Below are positions 46,945 through 55,664 of a DNA stretch of 64,000 nt, in pieces. A model generated the notes under the pieces. The model made no database searches. It was not told the origin of the DNA and saw only the letters and a program-made list of their open reading frames with translations. Numbering within the stretch: position 1 is the first letter of the stretch; each line of letters starts with the position of its first letter. The stretch lies in the IMG/VR virus record IMGVR_UViG_3300047320_000285, positions 124,001 through 188,000 of that record. One strand, given 5' to 3'. The position numbers and the translations under genes are program-made.

Positions 46945-48351
46945 ATGGATTTCCAACAACCAGTCATGGAGCAGGCGCCAGCGATTCGACCGATGGTCAA
47001 TCTCGGGGCGACGCTTGACATTATCACTGGCAAGTATCTGATGGGCAAGCACGGCGAGATGATCCTGATTGGGGGAGCGCCGCCGACCGTCGGGGTGGTG
47101 GGGATGCCGAACGCCTTCAAGTCGGCGTTTATCCGTTACATGTCACTGACCATTCTGGCACGTATCAAGGAAGCCTCAGGCGCGACCTATGATACCGAGT
47201 CGACCGTGATGGAAGATCGCTATCGCGAACTGGCCTCGTTTATCGAAGGGCTGGAAGATCAGGACATCTTCGATATGCATCGCTGGTTTATCACCAACAG
47301 CGACGTGTTGCCGGGTGAGAAGTGGTTCGACAAACTGTGTGACTTCTTGAAGTCCCGGATCGATGGTCGCAAGAAGGGCGAGAAGCTGCTGAAGACGCCA
47401 TTTATGGACCGCGACAAGACCAGCAACTTCATGATGCTGCCGCCTTACATTCAGGAACTCGATTCGATCTCCGAGTGGGCGTCGTCGGCCAATCAGCGCA
47501 TGGCTCAGGAAAACGAGATCGGTGAGGGCGGGCAGACGCTCTTCATGCAACAGGGTTTGCACAAAACCCGTTTGATGCAGGAGTTGCCGCGCTTGGCCGC
47601 AGCAGGTCATGCGTTTGTGTTTATCACGGCGCACTTGGGTAAAGAGATCCCGATGGATCCGCGCTCGCCCCCCGCCAAGACCCTGCAGTACCTGAAACAA
47701 GGCATCAAGATCAAAGGTGCGCCGCCCAAGTTTGAATACCTGACGCATCTGTCGTGGCTGGCGAACTCGGCGCCACCGCTGGTGACCAAGGAGAAAACGC
47801 CGCTCTATCCGCGTGACTCGGATGACAACATGGAGGGCGACACCGATCTGGTGTGCGTGACCATGACGATTCTGCGTAACAAGTCGGGTCCGTCGGGTTT
47901 GCAAACGCAGGTGATCTATTCGCAGCTCGAAGGTCTGCTGCCTTCGCTGACTGAATTCCACTACATCAAGGAGTGGGACAAGTTCGGCATTCAGGGCAAT
48001 GACCGCAACTACCAGCTCGAACTGCTGCCGGATGTGAGCCTGTCGCGCACTTCGGTACGGGGCAAGATCGACAGCGATCCGAAGCTGCGCCGGGCGCTGA
48101 ACATCAGCGCTGAGCTGTGCCAAATGCACAATCACTGGCACCATTTGGGTGAGATGCTGTGCACTCCTAAAGAACTCTATGAGGACCTGCGCAAACTTGG
48201 CTACGATTGGGACGTGCTGTTGAACACTCGGGGATGGTGGACAACGGACGAGAATCACCCGCTGCCGTTCCTGTCGACGATGGATTTGCTGAGGATGCGC
48301 AAGGGTCTTTATCACCCGTATTGGATGGAGCCCCTCAAGAAGGCGGCTTAA
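46945..48351 (+). CDS. uvsX: UvsX/RecA-like recombinase (phiKZ gp152-like)
   Basis: Walker A GMPNAFKS, YDTES, ELDSIS, ITAHLG, ILRNKSGPSG. Confidence 0.85.
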   Translation: MDFQQPVMEQAPAIRPMVNLGATLDIITGKYLMGKHGEMILIGGAPPTVGVVGMPNAFKSAFIRYMSLTILARIKEASGATYDTESTVMEDRYRELASFIEGLEDQDIFDMHRWFITNSDVLPGEKWFDKLCDFLKSRIDGRKKGEKLLKTPFMDRDKTSNFMMLPPYIQELDSISEWASSANQRMAQENEIGEGGQTLFMQQGLHKTRLMQELPRLAAAGHAFVFITAHLGKEIPMDPRSPPAKTLQYLKQGIKIKGAPPKFEYLTHLSWLANSAPPLVTKEKTPLYPRDSDDNMEGDTDLVCVTMTILRNKSGPSGLQTQVIYSQLEGLLPSLTEFHYIKEWDKFGIQGNDRNYQLELLPDVSLSRTSVRGKIDSDPKLRRALNISAELCQMHNHWHHLGEMLCTPKELYEDLRKLGYDWDVLLNTRGWWTTDENHPLPFLSTMDLLRMRKGLYHPYWMEPLKKAA

Positions 48352-48388
48352 GCCAAGACGGTCTGAGGGAATCTTTGGGGTCACGGCT

Positions 48389-48583
48389 ATGTTGTATCGC
48401 GCACAAAACACGTTGCTTGATTCGGAAACGGATCAGCGTTTCACGGTCACCGGCACTCCGCGTGATCACTTTCTGGAGGGCTCCTCGAAAGGTGTCTATT
48501 CACTGGAAGATCCGGATGGCAATACCGTGATCTTCCATCGCGACATCGTTGAGAGCGAGCGCTTTACTCTGGTTGCAGCGTAA
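48389..48583 (+). CDS. Small hypothetical protein
   Basis: 64 aa, beta-rich, fills the gap after uvsX. Confidence 0.55.
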   Translation: MLYRAQNTLLDSETDQRFTVTGTPRDHFLEGSSKGVYSLEDPDGNTVIFHRDIVESERFTLVAA

Positions 48584-48660
48584 GCGTTCAACACCACCCT
48601 TCGTTTCAGGCGGGTCCCCACAAGGGGCCCGTCATCCCCTGTATCTTTGAGAGAACTACC

Positions 48661-48990
48661 ATGACTAAGGCAACGGTCATCGCACCTGACGCGAAACTGA
48701 AGGACGTCATTATCAACCGCCTGCAGGAGTTGGGTCACCCCAATCCGCACGCCCCGCTCGAGGGTCTCTTTGAAGACCAGCATTCGGCGATCGATCAAGG
48801 CATCGAGCAGTTCCAGATCAACCGCACGCTGCGACGCTATCTGGGCAAGTTCGAGACCAGTACGCTGGCTGCGCGCACCTGTCTGACCGACGATGCCGCG
48901 CCGACTGACTGGTTCTACAACGTCGAGCGCGCGGTGCTGCCGATCATCGTCGAGCACGACTGCCCGAAGGTCGAAACCGCGCCGGCATAA
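48661..48990 (+). CDS. Hypothetical protein
   Basis: 109 aa, typical codon use. Confidence 0.7.
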   Translation: MTKATVIAPDAKLKDVIINRLQELGHPNPHAPLEGLFEDQHSAIDQGIEQFQINRTLRRYLGKFETSTLAARTCLTDDAAPTDWFYNVERAVLPIIVEHDCPKVETAPA

Positions 48991-49000
48991 AGGAGGCCCC

Positions 49001-49270
49001 ATGGCCCGTGTCAGTTCAGTGTTGGTCTGGGGCACCGAAGTCACGCTCGGCTCACCCGAAGCGTTCGGGGAGGTGATGCGGATAGTCAAGAATATCGGCC
49101 TCGAGCAGGCGGACGACCACAACGCTCACGTGATTTCAGCATACGAAGCGATGGAGCGGCCGTGGGATTGCGGCTATGTCGGCATCTCGGTGGGGCTGAT
49201 GTCGGCCATGGATCGTTATCGGGAGGCAACCGGTGTCGGGATACCAGTGTCAGCTCGCGCGGCTGATTGA
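49001..49270 (+). CDS. Hypothetical protein
   Basis: ATG 49001 with SD AAGGAGG. Confidence 0.65.
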   Translation: MARVSSVLVWGTEVTLGSPEAFGEVMRIVKNIGLEQADDHNAHVISAYEAMERPWDCGYVGISVGLMSAMDRYREATGVGIPVSARAAD

Positions 49271-49730
49271 GCAACGCGAAGCCCGTAAGCATCAGTGGCA
49301 GCAGATCTACGGCTCGATTGTGATCGTAGCTGGCTCCCGCACCTTTCACCATGACTACCCGCTGTTTTGCTCGGTGATGGACGAATGGAAGAAAGACCAC
49401 GGCCACACCTTGGATACGCTCTGGACGTTTCTCTCCGGCGATGCGAGGCGTGGGGCGGACTTTTTGATCAAACGCTACTGTGGTCTGATCGATCAGGACG
49501 GCAACCCGCTGGTTCAGAACGACATGGATGACCGTTGTGAACTGCTTCCTGCTCTATGGAATGAGTATGGCAAACGAGCCGGCATGTTGCGGAACCACGA
49601 GATGGGGGATATTGCGACCCACTTGGTGGTTTTCTGGGACAAGAAGTCCTCAGGTACCAAAGACATGCTCGACTACGGACGTCAGAAAAAGTTACACGTG
49701 ACCGAAGTGTGGGTCAGTCCAGACGAATAG
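49233..49730 (+). CDS. SLOG-superfamily protein (DUF2493/YspA-related)
   Basis: VIVAGSR, LSGDARRGAD, PALWNEYGKRAGMLRNHEM, VVFWDKKSSGTKDM; SD GGAGG. Confidence 0.85.
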   Translation: MSGYQCQLARLIEQREARKHQWQQIYGSIVIVAGSRTFHHDYPLFCSVMDEWKKDHGHTLDTLWTFLSGDARRGADFLIKRYCGLIDQDGNPLVQNDMDDRCELLPALWNEYGKRAGMLRNHEMGDIATHLVVFWDKKSSGTKDMLDYGRQKKLHVTEVWVSPDE

Positions 49731-49742
49731 GAGCGGTGCATA

Positions 49743-50417
49743 ATGGCGGGCAACCGAGACGCTACCGAGCAGTTCATTCTCAAGTGGATTGGGAAGATCA
49801 TGCCCGGTGGCGAAAACGTGAAGATCTACAAAGATCTGTTCGCCTCGATGTCCGATAAGGATTTCGAGGCCTTTATGACCTCGATCGAGTCAGGCGAAGA
49901 GATGCTGGCAGTCATCATGCCGAACCTCGCCGAGGACAAGATCACGGTTGAAAACAACCTGAAGCTGGGCGATGAACTGGGCCACGACTTCTACCAGCGT
50001 ATCTGGATTGACGAAGGTAATGGCGATCCGCCCTACCTGACGCCCAAGCGTTATCTGGTCACCTTGCAGCCCTTGCGCCGACAAGCGCAGTTGCTGATCA
50101 AGAAGATCTCGATTCCGGAAGACAACCGCTCGATTAACGACTTGACGGGTCAACCGTCCAGTACTGGCAAGTCGCGCGGCTCGAAGATCTCCTACCCGGA
50201 AACGCAGATCATGGCGGCCTTGAATCTGGACAACTCGCTGATCGAGATGCTCAAATATCGCGGCGGTGATCAAAAGGGCTTCGTGGCGATGAACAAGGCC
50301 ATCAGCCAGACCGGCGGCGTGTCGCTCGAGGCGCTGAACAAGCTGGGCACGCGGGTCAAGTCGACCGATACGCTGCGCACCTTCCTGACTTGCATGCATT
50401 TCGAAGTCGACCTTTAA
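49743..50417 (+). CDS. Virion RNA polymerase beta C-terminal subunit (phiKZ gp149-like)
   Basis: SRGSKISYPETQIMAALNLDNSLIEMLKYRGGD aligns with RpoB GGQRFGEMEVWALEAYGAA..LQEMLT.KSDD. Confidence 0.85.
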   Translation: MAGNRDATEQFILKWIGKIMPGGENVKIYKDLFASMSDKDFEAFMTSIESGEEMLAVIMPNLAEDKITVENNLKLGDELGHDFYQRIWIDEGNGDPPYLTPKRYLVTLQPLRRQAQLLIKKISIPEDNRSINDLTGQPSSTGKSRGSKISYPETQIMAALNLDNSLIEMLKYRGGDQKGFVAMNKAISQTGGVSLEALNKLGTRVKSTDTLRTFLTCMHFEVDL

Positions 50418-50432
50418 CACTAGGATAACACA

Positions 50433-50978
50433 ATGAGTTATACCAACGCCGATACCGACATTGTCGGGGGCGCGATTCAGGCTGCGTGGCGCACGGTCGA
50501 AGGCCAAGTCTCCCCCGAGACGCGTCTGAAGCTCTACGAGTGGCTGATGAACTTTATCAGCGGGGAGAAGCCGTATCTGTGGGCTTCACCGGAGAACATC
50601 CCCCGCATCGTGCAGATGGTGTACAGCGACGAGCTGGTGCGAGACTTCGTGCATTCGTTGCAGTTTCACTTCATGTTGCGCTGGGGAGAAGCTAGTACAA
50701 AATTTACAGGGTTGGTCGATGTATTGAGCTGGAGCATTGGGTCCCATGGGTTGGATACCGAACACTCCGGTCGGAATCGAAAAGAGGATCACGGTGCTAT
50801 CCCCGAAGACATCCGCATGCGTCTCTCCTCACGCGAAGACGTGAAAGAACTGCTGCTGGACAATCCGTGGATGGTGTGTCTGCTGCTATTGCGCAGCTTC
50901 GTCAGTTTGGTCGATCCGACCAAACTCAAATCGCCTTATGGCGACTCGCCTGATGTGAAGACGATCGAGGCCCCGTAG
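50433..50978 (+). CDS. Hypothetical protein
   Basis: SD AGGA; 181 aa. Confidence 0.7.
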   Translation: MSYTNADTDIVGGAIQAAWRTVEGQVSPETRLKLYEWLMNFISGEKPYLWASPENIPRIVQMVYSDELVRDFVHSLQFHFMLRWGEASTKFTGLVDVLSWSIGSHGLDTEHSGRNRKEDHGAIPEDIRMRLSSREDVKELLLDNPWMVCLLLLRSFVSLVDPTKLKSPYGDSPDVKTIEAP

Positions 50979-51069
50979 AAGAAACGGCGACACGGGGGTG
51001 TCGCTTAACGGGTTTCTTAACTCTTTAGTAGCTCGGTCTCGCCGTGAGACACCGAGCTGAAAGACCCTA

Positions 51070-51903
51070 ATGAATAAACAAGAACAGGCGCTGATGATCG
51101 AGCTTGATTGTTTGCTCGATACTCGCTTAGCGACCATTGCTCGCATTAGCGAGCAGGCAGCGGTAGATGTCTTGAAGAATGACTACCACAAGCGTAAAGC
51201 CGATTGGTTTGAGCCTGTGGTCGATATGGACCAGTACACGAGCTTGTATCGAGCACGTGACGTCGACACGCTAAAACTGGCGCACCCTACTGAAGGGTTC
51301 CGGTTCGTGCGCGAGATGGTCAAGTTGTATCGGGAGCAGGCTGTTGACACCAACAGTCCGTATAGCGGCAAGATCAAAATTGCTGTCAATACGTATCCCT
51401 ATCAGCTCAATGCTGAACTGACCGACCTCATCGGCAGAGCTTTGGCAGTAAGGTTCGGGGCGATCGCGTCCTGTGAACTGGTCAGCCTCTCACCTGCAGA
51501 ATTGACGCCGGAATTAGTTCGCGCGAGATTTTGCATGCTCATGATGTACGAGTACGATCCTTGGTTGAGCATGCACTACGATATTGATCCGTCGAAGCTC
51601 TCGGCGGGTGAAATGAAACAAGTCTTGAAGAGTCTGTTGCTCGATGTGACGCTGTTTGCACCTGCAGTGTATTACAAAAAGCCACCGACACAAGACGAAG
51701 TGGAAGAGGTGATGAAGGATACACATCACCCATTAGAAGTTATCGAAATGATGGGCACGACCGTGATCGGTCTCCATCTGCTCGATGTTACTTCTTTCAG
51801 TGTCATTCGACCTGCGCGGCCACAAATGCCCACCTCCACCACAGCTGCTCCTAGTGAGCCGGCTGTGGTGGAGGAAGGCTTACAGGATCCGATGCAGGAC
51901 TAA
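51070..51903 (+). CDS. Conserved hypothetical protein (phiKZ gp147-like position)
   Basis: 277 aa; IELDCLLDTRLAT N-terminal motif. Confidence 0.7.
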   Translation: MNKQEQALMIELDCLLDTRLATIARISEQAAVDVLKNDYHKRKADWFEPVVDMDQYTSLYRARDVDTLKLAHPTEGFRFVREMVKLYREQAVDTNSPYSGKIKIAVNTYPYQLNAELTDLIGRALAVRFGAIASCELVSLSPAELTPELVRARFCMLMMYEYDPWLSMHYDIDPSKLSAGEMKQVLKSLLLDVTLFAPAVYYKKPPTQDEVEEVMKDTHHPLEVIEMMGTTVIGLHLLDVTSFSVIRPARPQMPTSTTAAPSEPAVVEEGLQDPMQD

Positions 51904-52379
51904 CTGGGTTCAGTCTCGTCAGCTACGGCTGGCTTGAACTGGGCTTGGAAAGCTTCGAATGTCAGCTGAAGCGGCGACTGCGACAATTCCCCTTCCACTA
52001 ACACCGGCTCGGGTACATCACTGCCCAGCTCCGGAGCGACGCGAGTCACTCCGGGGTTTGTGGCCCCTTGCTGAAAGAATGTCGCATCTTTGGAGCGCTT
52101 GAGCATTTCGGCCACCAGCCCCGTCATGGCGGAGCCCGTCTTGTTGGCCTGCTCATCCACCTTGATCCGTTTGCGACCCAGCGCGTTGCGATCCATGCCG
52201 TCGAGCGCGCCGAGAATCAGGTTGACGTCTTTGGTGTCGCCGGGCAGAGCCGTGCCGTTTTGTGTGAGCTTGTCGATCACAAAGCGACGTTGTTGTTGGG
52301 TATAATTGAGGACTTGGTCCTCATCCATCGCAGGCGGCAAGACCTGCACTTCAGTTTGCGGTGCGGTGATTTCAGACAT
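51900..52379 (-). CDS. Hypothetical protein
   Basis: SD GAGG; 159 aa; 4-bp convergent overlap with the previous gene. Confidence 0.7.
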   Translation of the reverse strand: MSEITAPQTEVQVLPPAMDEDQVLNYTQQQRRFVIDKLTQNGTALPGDTKDVNLILGALDGMDRNALGRKRIKVDEQANKTGSAMTGLVAEMLKRSKDATFFQQGATNPGVTRVAPELGSDVPEPVLVEGELSQSPLQLTFEAFQAQFKPAVADETEPS

Positions 52380-52488
52380 AATAGCCTCGTGATGTATTGG
52401 ATTTCAACCACATATCATCCTTTTGTAGTTGCACCATGCTGTGCAGTCAAACTCCCTTATACTGCCACCACCTTACACGGGGTTCCTC

Positions 52489-53013
52489 ATGCGCCTAATG
52501 CGTAGAATCGTTCAGCCGTTGCGATACCAGTATCTGGAATATCGGCAAGCGGCTACGGGCGGGGTCCAGACACCGGATCGCGCGTACATGACAGAGTTGG
52601 TGAAACTGCTCCATCCTGTGGACTTTGAAACCTACCGTACCGAGCACGGCTTGGCGGCCACCGTGACCGTCCAGCATGCCAACATCGGCGAGATGTCGGA
52701 CTTTCTGAAACGCGCCGCCGATCTGTTAGCCGCGGGTCAGATGGTGCCGATTGAAGAGCTGCAGGCGCGCCAGACGACGGTGTCGCTCGACGAGTGGCTC
52801 ACGGTAGCCAATGGCTTTTATGTCAGCCCGGTCGGTGGCTTGACATTGTTTCTGGACCACGCGCGGCGATTACTGAAAGTCGTCGCTGCGCACGAACACG
52901 AGAAGGTTGGTGTCTATACCGCGAGCTGGCGGCAGATGCGCAACTTTTACGTGAGCTTGCAGGCGTTGTTGGTGTGTCTGGTGCAAGCCAGCCACGAGTG
53001 CCTGAAGGCGTAA
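52489..53013 (+). CDS. Hypothetical protein
   Basis: Probable ATG 52489, downstream of motif CTCCCTTATACTGCC. Confidence 0.65.
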   Translation: MRLMRRIVQPLRYQYLEYRQAATGGVQTPDRAYMTELVKLLHPVDFETYRTEHGLAATVTVQHANIGEMSDFLKRAADLLAAGQMVPIEELQARQTTVSLDEWLTVANGFYVSPVGGLTLFLDHARRLLKVVAAHEHEKVGVYTASWRQMRNFYVSLQALLVCLVQASHECLKA

Positions 53014-53058
53014 TTGCCGTAACACTTCCTTATACTACCATGACACTGAGGTAACAAT

Positions 53059-53523
53059 ATGACACGAAGAAAGAATCGCGTCGAGGATATACTCGGCGAA
53101 AAAGACAAGCGTGCAGGTCAGACTTGGGGCATCGGGGGCATCTTGGCCAGTCTGTATCGCACGATTCTCGCTGATTGGAATATCGGCACGATGGAGTGGG
53201 GCAGACTGATGCACCGCTACCTGAATGACCCGACCAACACACGACGGAACAAACCCGGCGCAGATCAGGCCAGTACCCGGGCCAATATCGCTAAAGAGCT
53301 ATTGGACGAGCAGATGACGTGGAAAGTCTTCTGTAAAGGCTTGGTCTTTTTGCGCTTCTCTAAAATGCGTTTTAGCGTCGAGCTGACGCACCGAACGGGC
53401 CGTACCAAAGTGCACTTTATCGACGTGGACTTTGGACTAAAGGAAAACGCGCCCGAGAGCGAGGAACATCATGATAAACGAAACGAAGCGGCGGCCGACC
53501 AACGTGAGGCCCGCGATGAATGA
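53059..53523 (+). CDS. Conserved phiKZ-like hypothetical protein
   Basis: SD GAGGT; YLNDP.N and MTWKVFCKGL.FL motifs. Confidence 0.7.
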   Translation: MTRRKNRVEDILGEKDKRAGQTWGIGGILASLYRTILADWNIGTMEWGRLMHRYLNDPTNTRRNKPGADQASTRANIAKELLDEQMTWKVFCKGLVFLRFSKMRFSVELTHRTGRTKVHFIDVDFGLKENAPESEEHHDKRNEAAADQREARDE

Positions 53524-53593
53524 ACACCAAGCCTGCGCATTGACGCAAACCCGTACGCCGTTCTTTGCGGACGTGCTGAACCGGAGCAACGTG

Positions 53594-54130
53594 ATGGAAG
53601 CCGAGGTGGATATGGTAACGCTGGACGACACGGCCAAGAGCAAGGTAGAACTGGACGGGGTCACCCACATCAACATCGACAAACGCGGTCGCACTGAACT
53701 GGGCCAGATGCTTACGCATATGTCACGGTCGCAGTTTGACCACCCGGAGTTCGGGCCGTTTCAATCGGTGGAAGGCTTTATCGGCTTTATCCGTAGTGGT
53801 GCCACTGACGATCAGTTTCATTACGTGCACGGCATGAACGCACGCTACCGGGCGAAGAATCAGAATTCGGATTTCATCCGGGGCTTTCGCGAGCTGGTGA
53901 TGCAGGCGAACTACCTGAAGATCGTGCAGAACGACTCGTTGCGCCGGGCCTTCAGGGACAGCATGCTGCCGTTCGATCACTACTATCTGCTGGGCAATGG
54001 TCGGCCGGTGCAGCCCCGCAATGCCCAATGGATCATCCCGGGCTTTGAAGAGCTGCGGCGTTTGATCAAGGCCGATCAGCCGTACCCGACCGTGGACTAC
54101 ACGGGTGTGCAGGAAATCGGTCGCGAGTAA
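53594..54130 (+). CDS. NADAR-family (T4 gp30.3-like) protein; start uncertain (53471/53594/53612)
   Basis: DGVTHINI..RG.T.LG..L, F.HP.FG.FQSVEGF, ANYLKI.QN, LPFDHYY. Confidence 0.7.
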   Translation: MEAEVDMVTLDDTAKSKVELDGVTHINIDKRGRTELGQMLTHMSRSQFDHPEFGPFQSVEGFIGFIRSGATDDQFHYVHGMNARYRAKNQNSDFIRGFRELVMQANYLKIVQNDSLRRAFRDSMLPFDHYYLLGNGRPVQPRNAQWIIPGFEELRRLIKADQPYPTVDYTGVQEIGRE

Positions 54131-54145
54131 CTTCGCGCTCGTAGA

Positions 54146-54175
54146 GCGCCCCTTCGGGGGCTGCTCTTTTTTTTT
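54146..54175 (+). terminator. Classical intrinsic terminator
   Basis: GAGCGCCCC-TTCG-GGGGCTGCTC followed by a long T run. Confidence 0.8.
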
Positions 54176-54197
54176 GTTCATTTCAAGGATCGAAGCG

Positions 54198-55592
54198 ATG
54201 GCTGGAACAACTATTGGTACCGCGGTGCAAAGCGCCACTGCGGCGGCGAGTAAAGTGGCCAGTCAAACGGCTGCTGCCGTCAATCAAGCAGCATCCCAAC
54301 TCCCCACGACCCTCGGCGGCTTGACGGCTAACCTGAGTGGCAATACGTGGACTTCCTCCGCGAAAGATGCACTGGCGGTTAAAGACGTCTATACCGGGGT
54401 AGATGGCAAGAGTGTCCTCACCAGTGTCCAGAACCTGTTCAGTGACATCGGCCTGAATCTGTCGGATGTGCTGCGCGGGGGGAAGTGGGTCGCCGCACAG
54501 ATCCCGCTGATTACCTCGCTGGTCAAACAAGGCGAAGCAGTCCTGTCACAAAAAGGCCTTGTGGCCCGGGTGATGAGTGCGTCAGGCTTGGCGACGGGTG
54601 CCTTGTCACGACTGACCGCAGGCGCCACTGATGGCATCTTGGGCGAGATCAAGGACTTCGGGCAGGTGTACGCGTCGTTTAATGGCGTGCTGCAACGGGT
54701 GGCGTCGACCGATCTGACCAACATGAATGCCGTGGGTGGGCTGATCAATTCATGGACGGGTCAGAATGGCTTGTTTGCCTCCGACGACCAAGACGGGAAG
54801 GTCGGCTTTATCACGGGGCTGATCCATGACTGTACCAGCTACGGGATTCCCAATTCGTTTGGTTCGCTGGTGTCTCAGCTGGAGAATACCAATCTGGTGT
54901 CGCAGGTGACCAATCGGGTGCTGCCGTCCGTGATTGGGGCGAGTGACATCAGCTCGCTGAAGTCGATGGCCTTCACCCTCGGCGACAAAGCGATCACCGC
55001 CCTGAACCCGAATGCGGTGTCGCATTTCTCTTCGGCGTTCAGTATGCCACCGCTCTCGACGGCCACGGATAACTCCGCCAAGTTCGATGAACTGATCGAT
55101 GCGTACTCAACGGTGGATTCGACATGGAACACCAATGTCCGCAATACGGCCAACGGTTCGGTGTCGACCCTGAACCTGACCAGTGTGATGAATGGTTCGG
55201 ATGACTTCAATGTAGTGCTCAACCAAGGTTCGATGAGTGCGCCGCCCCCCACTGATCCCGCGCAGGTCAATCCGCAGCTGTATCAGCTGGCCACCAAACT
55301 GTCGACTCCGGACCCGGTGAGTACGCTGATGCAGCAGTTTCCGGCGACCCTGTATCAGCCGAATACGATCGCCGCTCAGCCGAGCACCGATGCCGATACG
55401 ATCGGCGCCAACCCATCCTTGGCCGCCGCGAGTGCCAACCCGACCTCGCAACAGCATATCTTGCTGGGTCACAGCCAAGGGGGCACACCAGTGTATTCGG
55501 ACGACCAGTACCGGGCCGGTATGATGATCGATATCACGCCGCAAGGTAAGGCCTATATCGATTCGAAGATTGCTGCCGGTCAGCCGTGGTAA
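54198..55592 (+). CDS. Putative baseplate/tail structural protein
   Basis: ATG 54198 with SD AAGGA; Ala/Ser/Thr-rich; LAVKDVY motif; convergent with the hub gene. Confidence 0.7.
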   Translation: MAGTTIGTAVQSATAAASKVASQTAAAVNQAASQLPTTLGGLTANLSGNTWTSSAKDALAVKDVYTGVDGKSVLTSVQNLFSDIGLNLSDVLRGGKWVAAQIPLITSLVKQGEAVLSQKGLVARVMSASGLATGALSRLTAGATDGILGEIKDFGQVYASFNGVLQRVASTDLTNMNAVGGLINSWTGQNGLFASDDQDGKVGFITGLIHDCTSYGIPNSFGSLVSQLENTNLVSQVTNRVLPSVIGASDISSLKSMAFTLGDKAITALNPNAVSHFSSAFSMPPLSTATDNSAKFDELIDAYSTVDSTWNTNVRNTANGSVSTLNLTSVMNGSDDFNVVLNQGSMSAPPPTDPAQVNPQLYQLATKLSTPDPVSTLMQQFPATLYQPNTIAAQPSTDADTIGANPSLAAASANPTSQQHILLGHSQGGTPVYSDDQYRAGMMIDITPQGKAYIDSKIAAGQPW

Positions 55593-55602
55593 GTCGCTCA
55601 AG

Positions 55603-55640
55603 GTCATAAGCCCCCTCCCGACCGGGAGGGGGTCTATGCC
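55603..55640. terminator. Bidirectional CATA...TATGCC hairpin
   Basis: CCCCCTCCCG/CGGGAGGGGG stem between convergent genes. Confidence 0.7.
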
Positions 55641-55664
55641 GTTGTTTCTTTTTTCTCTAGGCCG

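Noticed and set aside
51070-51903. Possible HAD phosphatase (ELDCLLD)
   Set aside because: Motif I is degenerate and the other HAD motifs could not be located; left as hypothetical.
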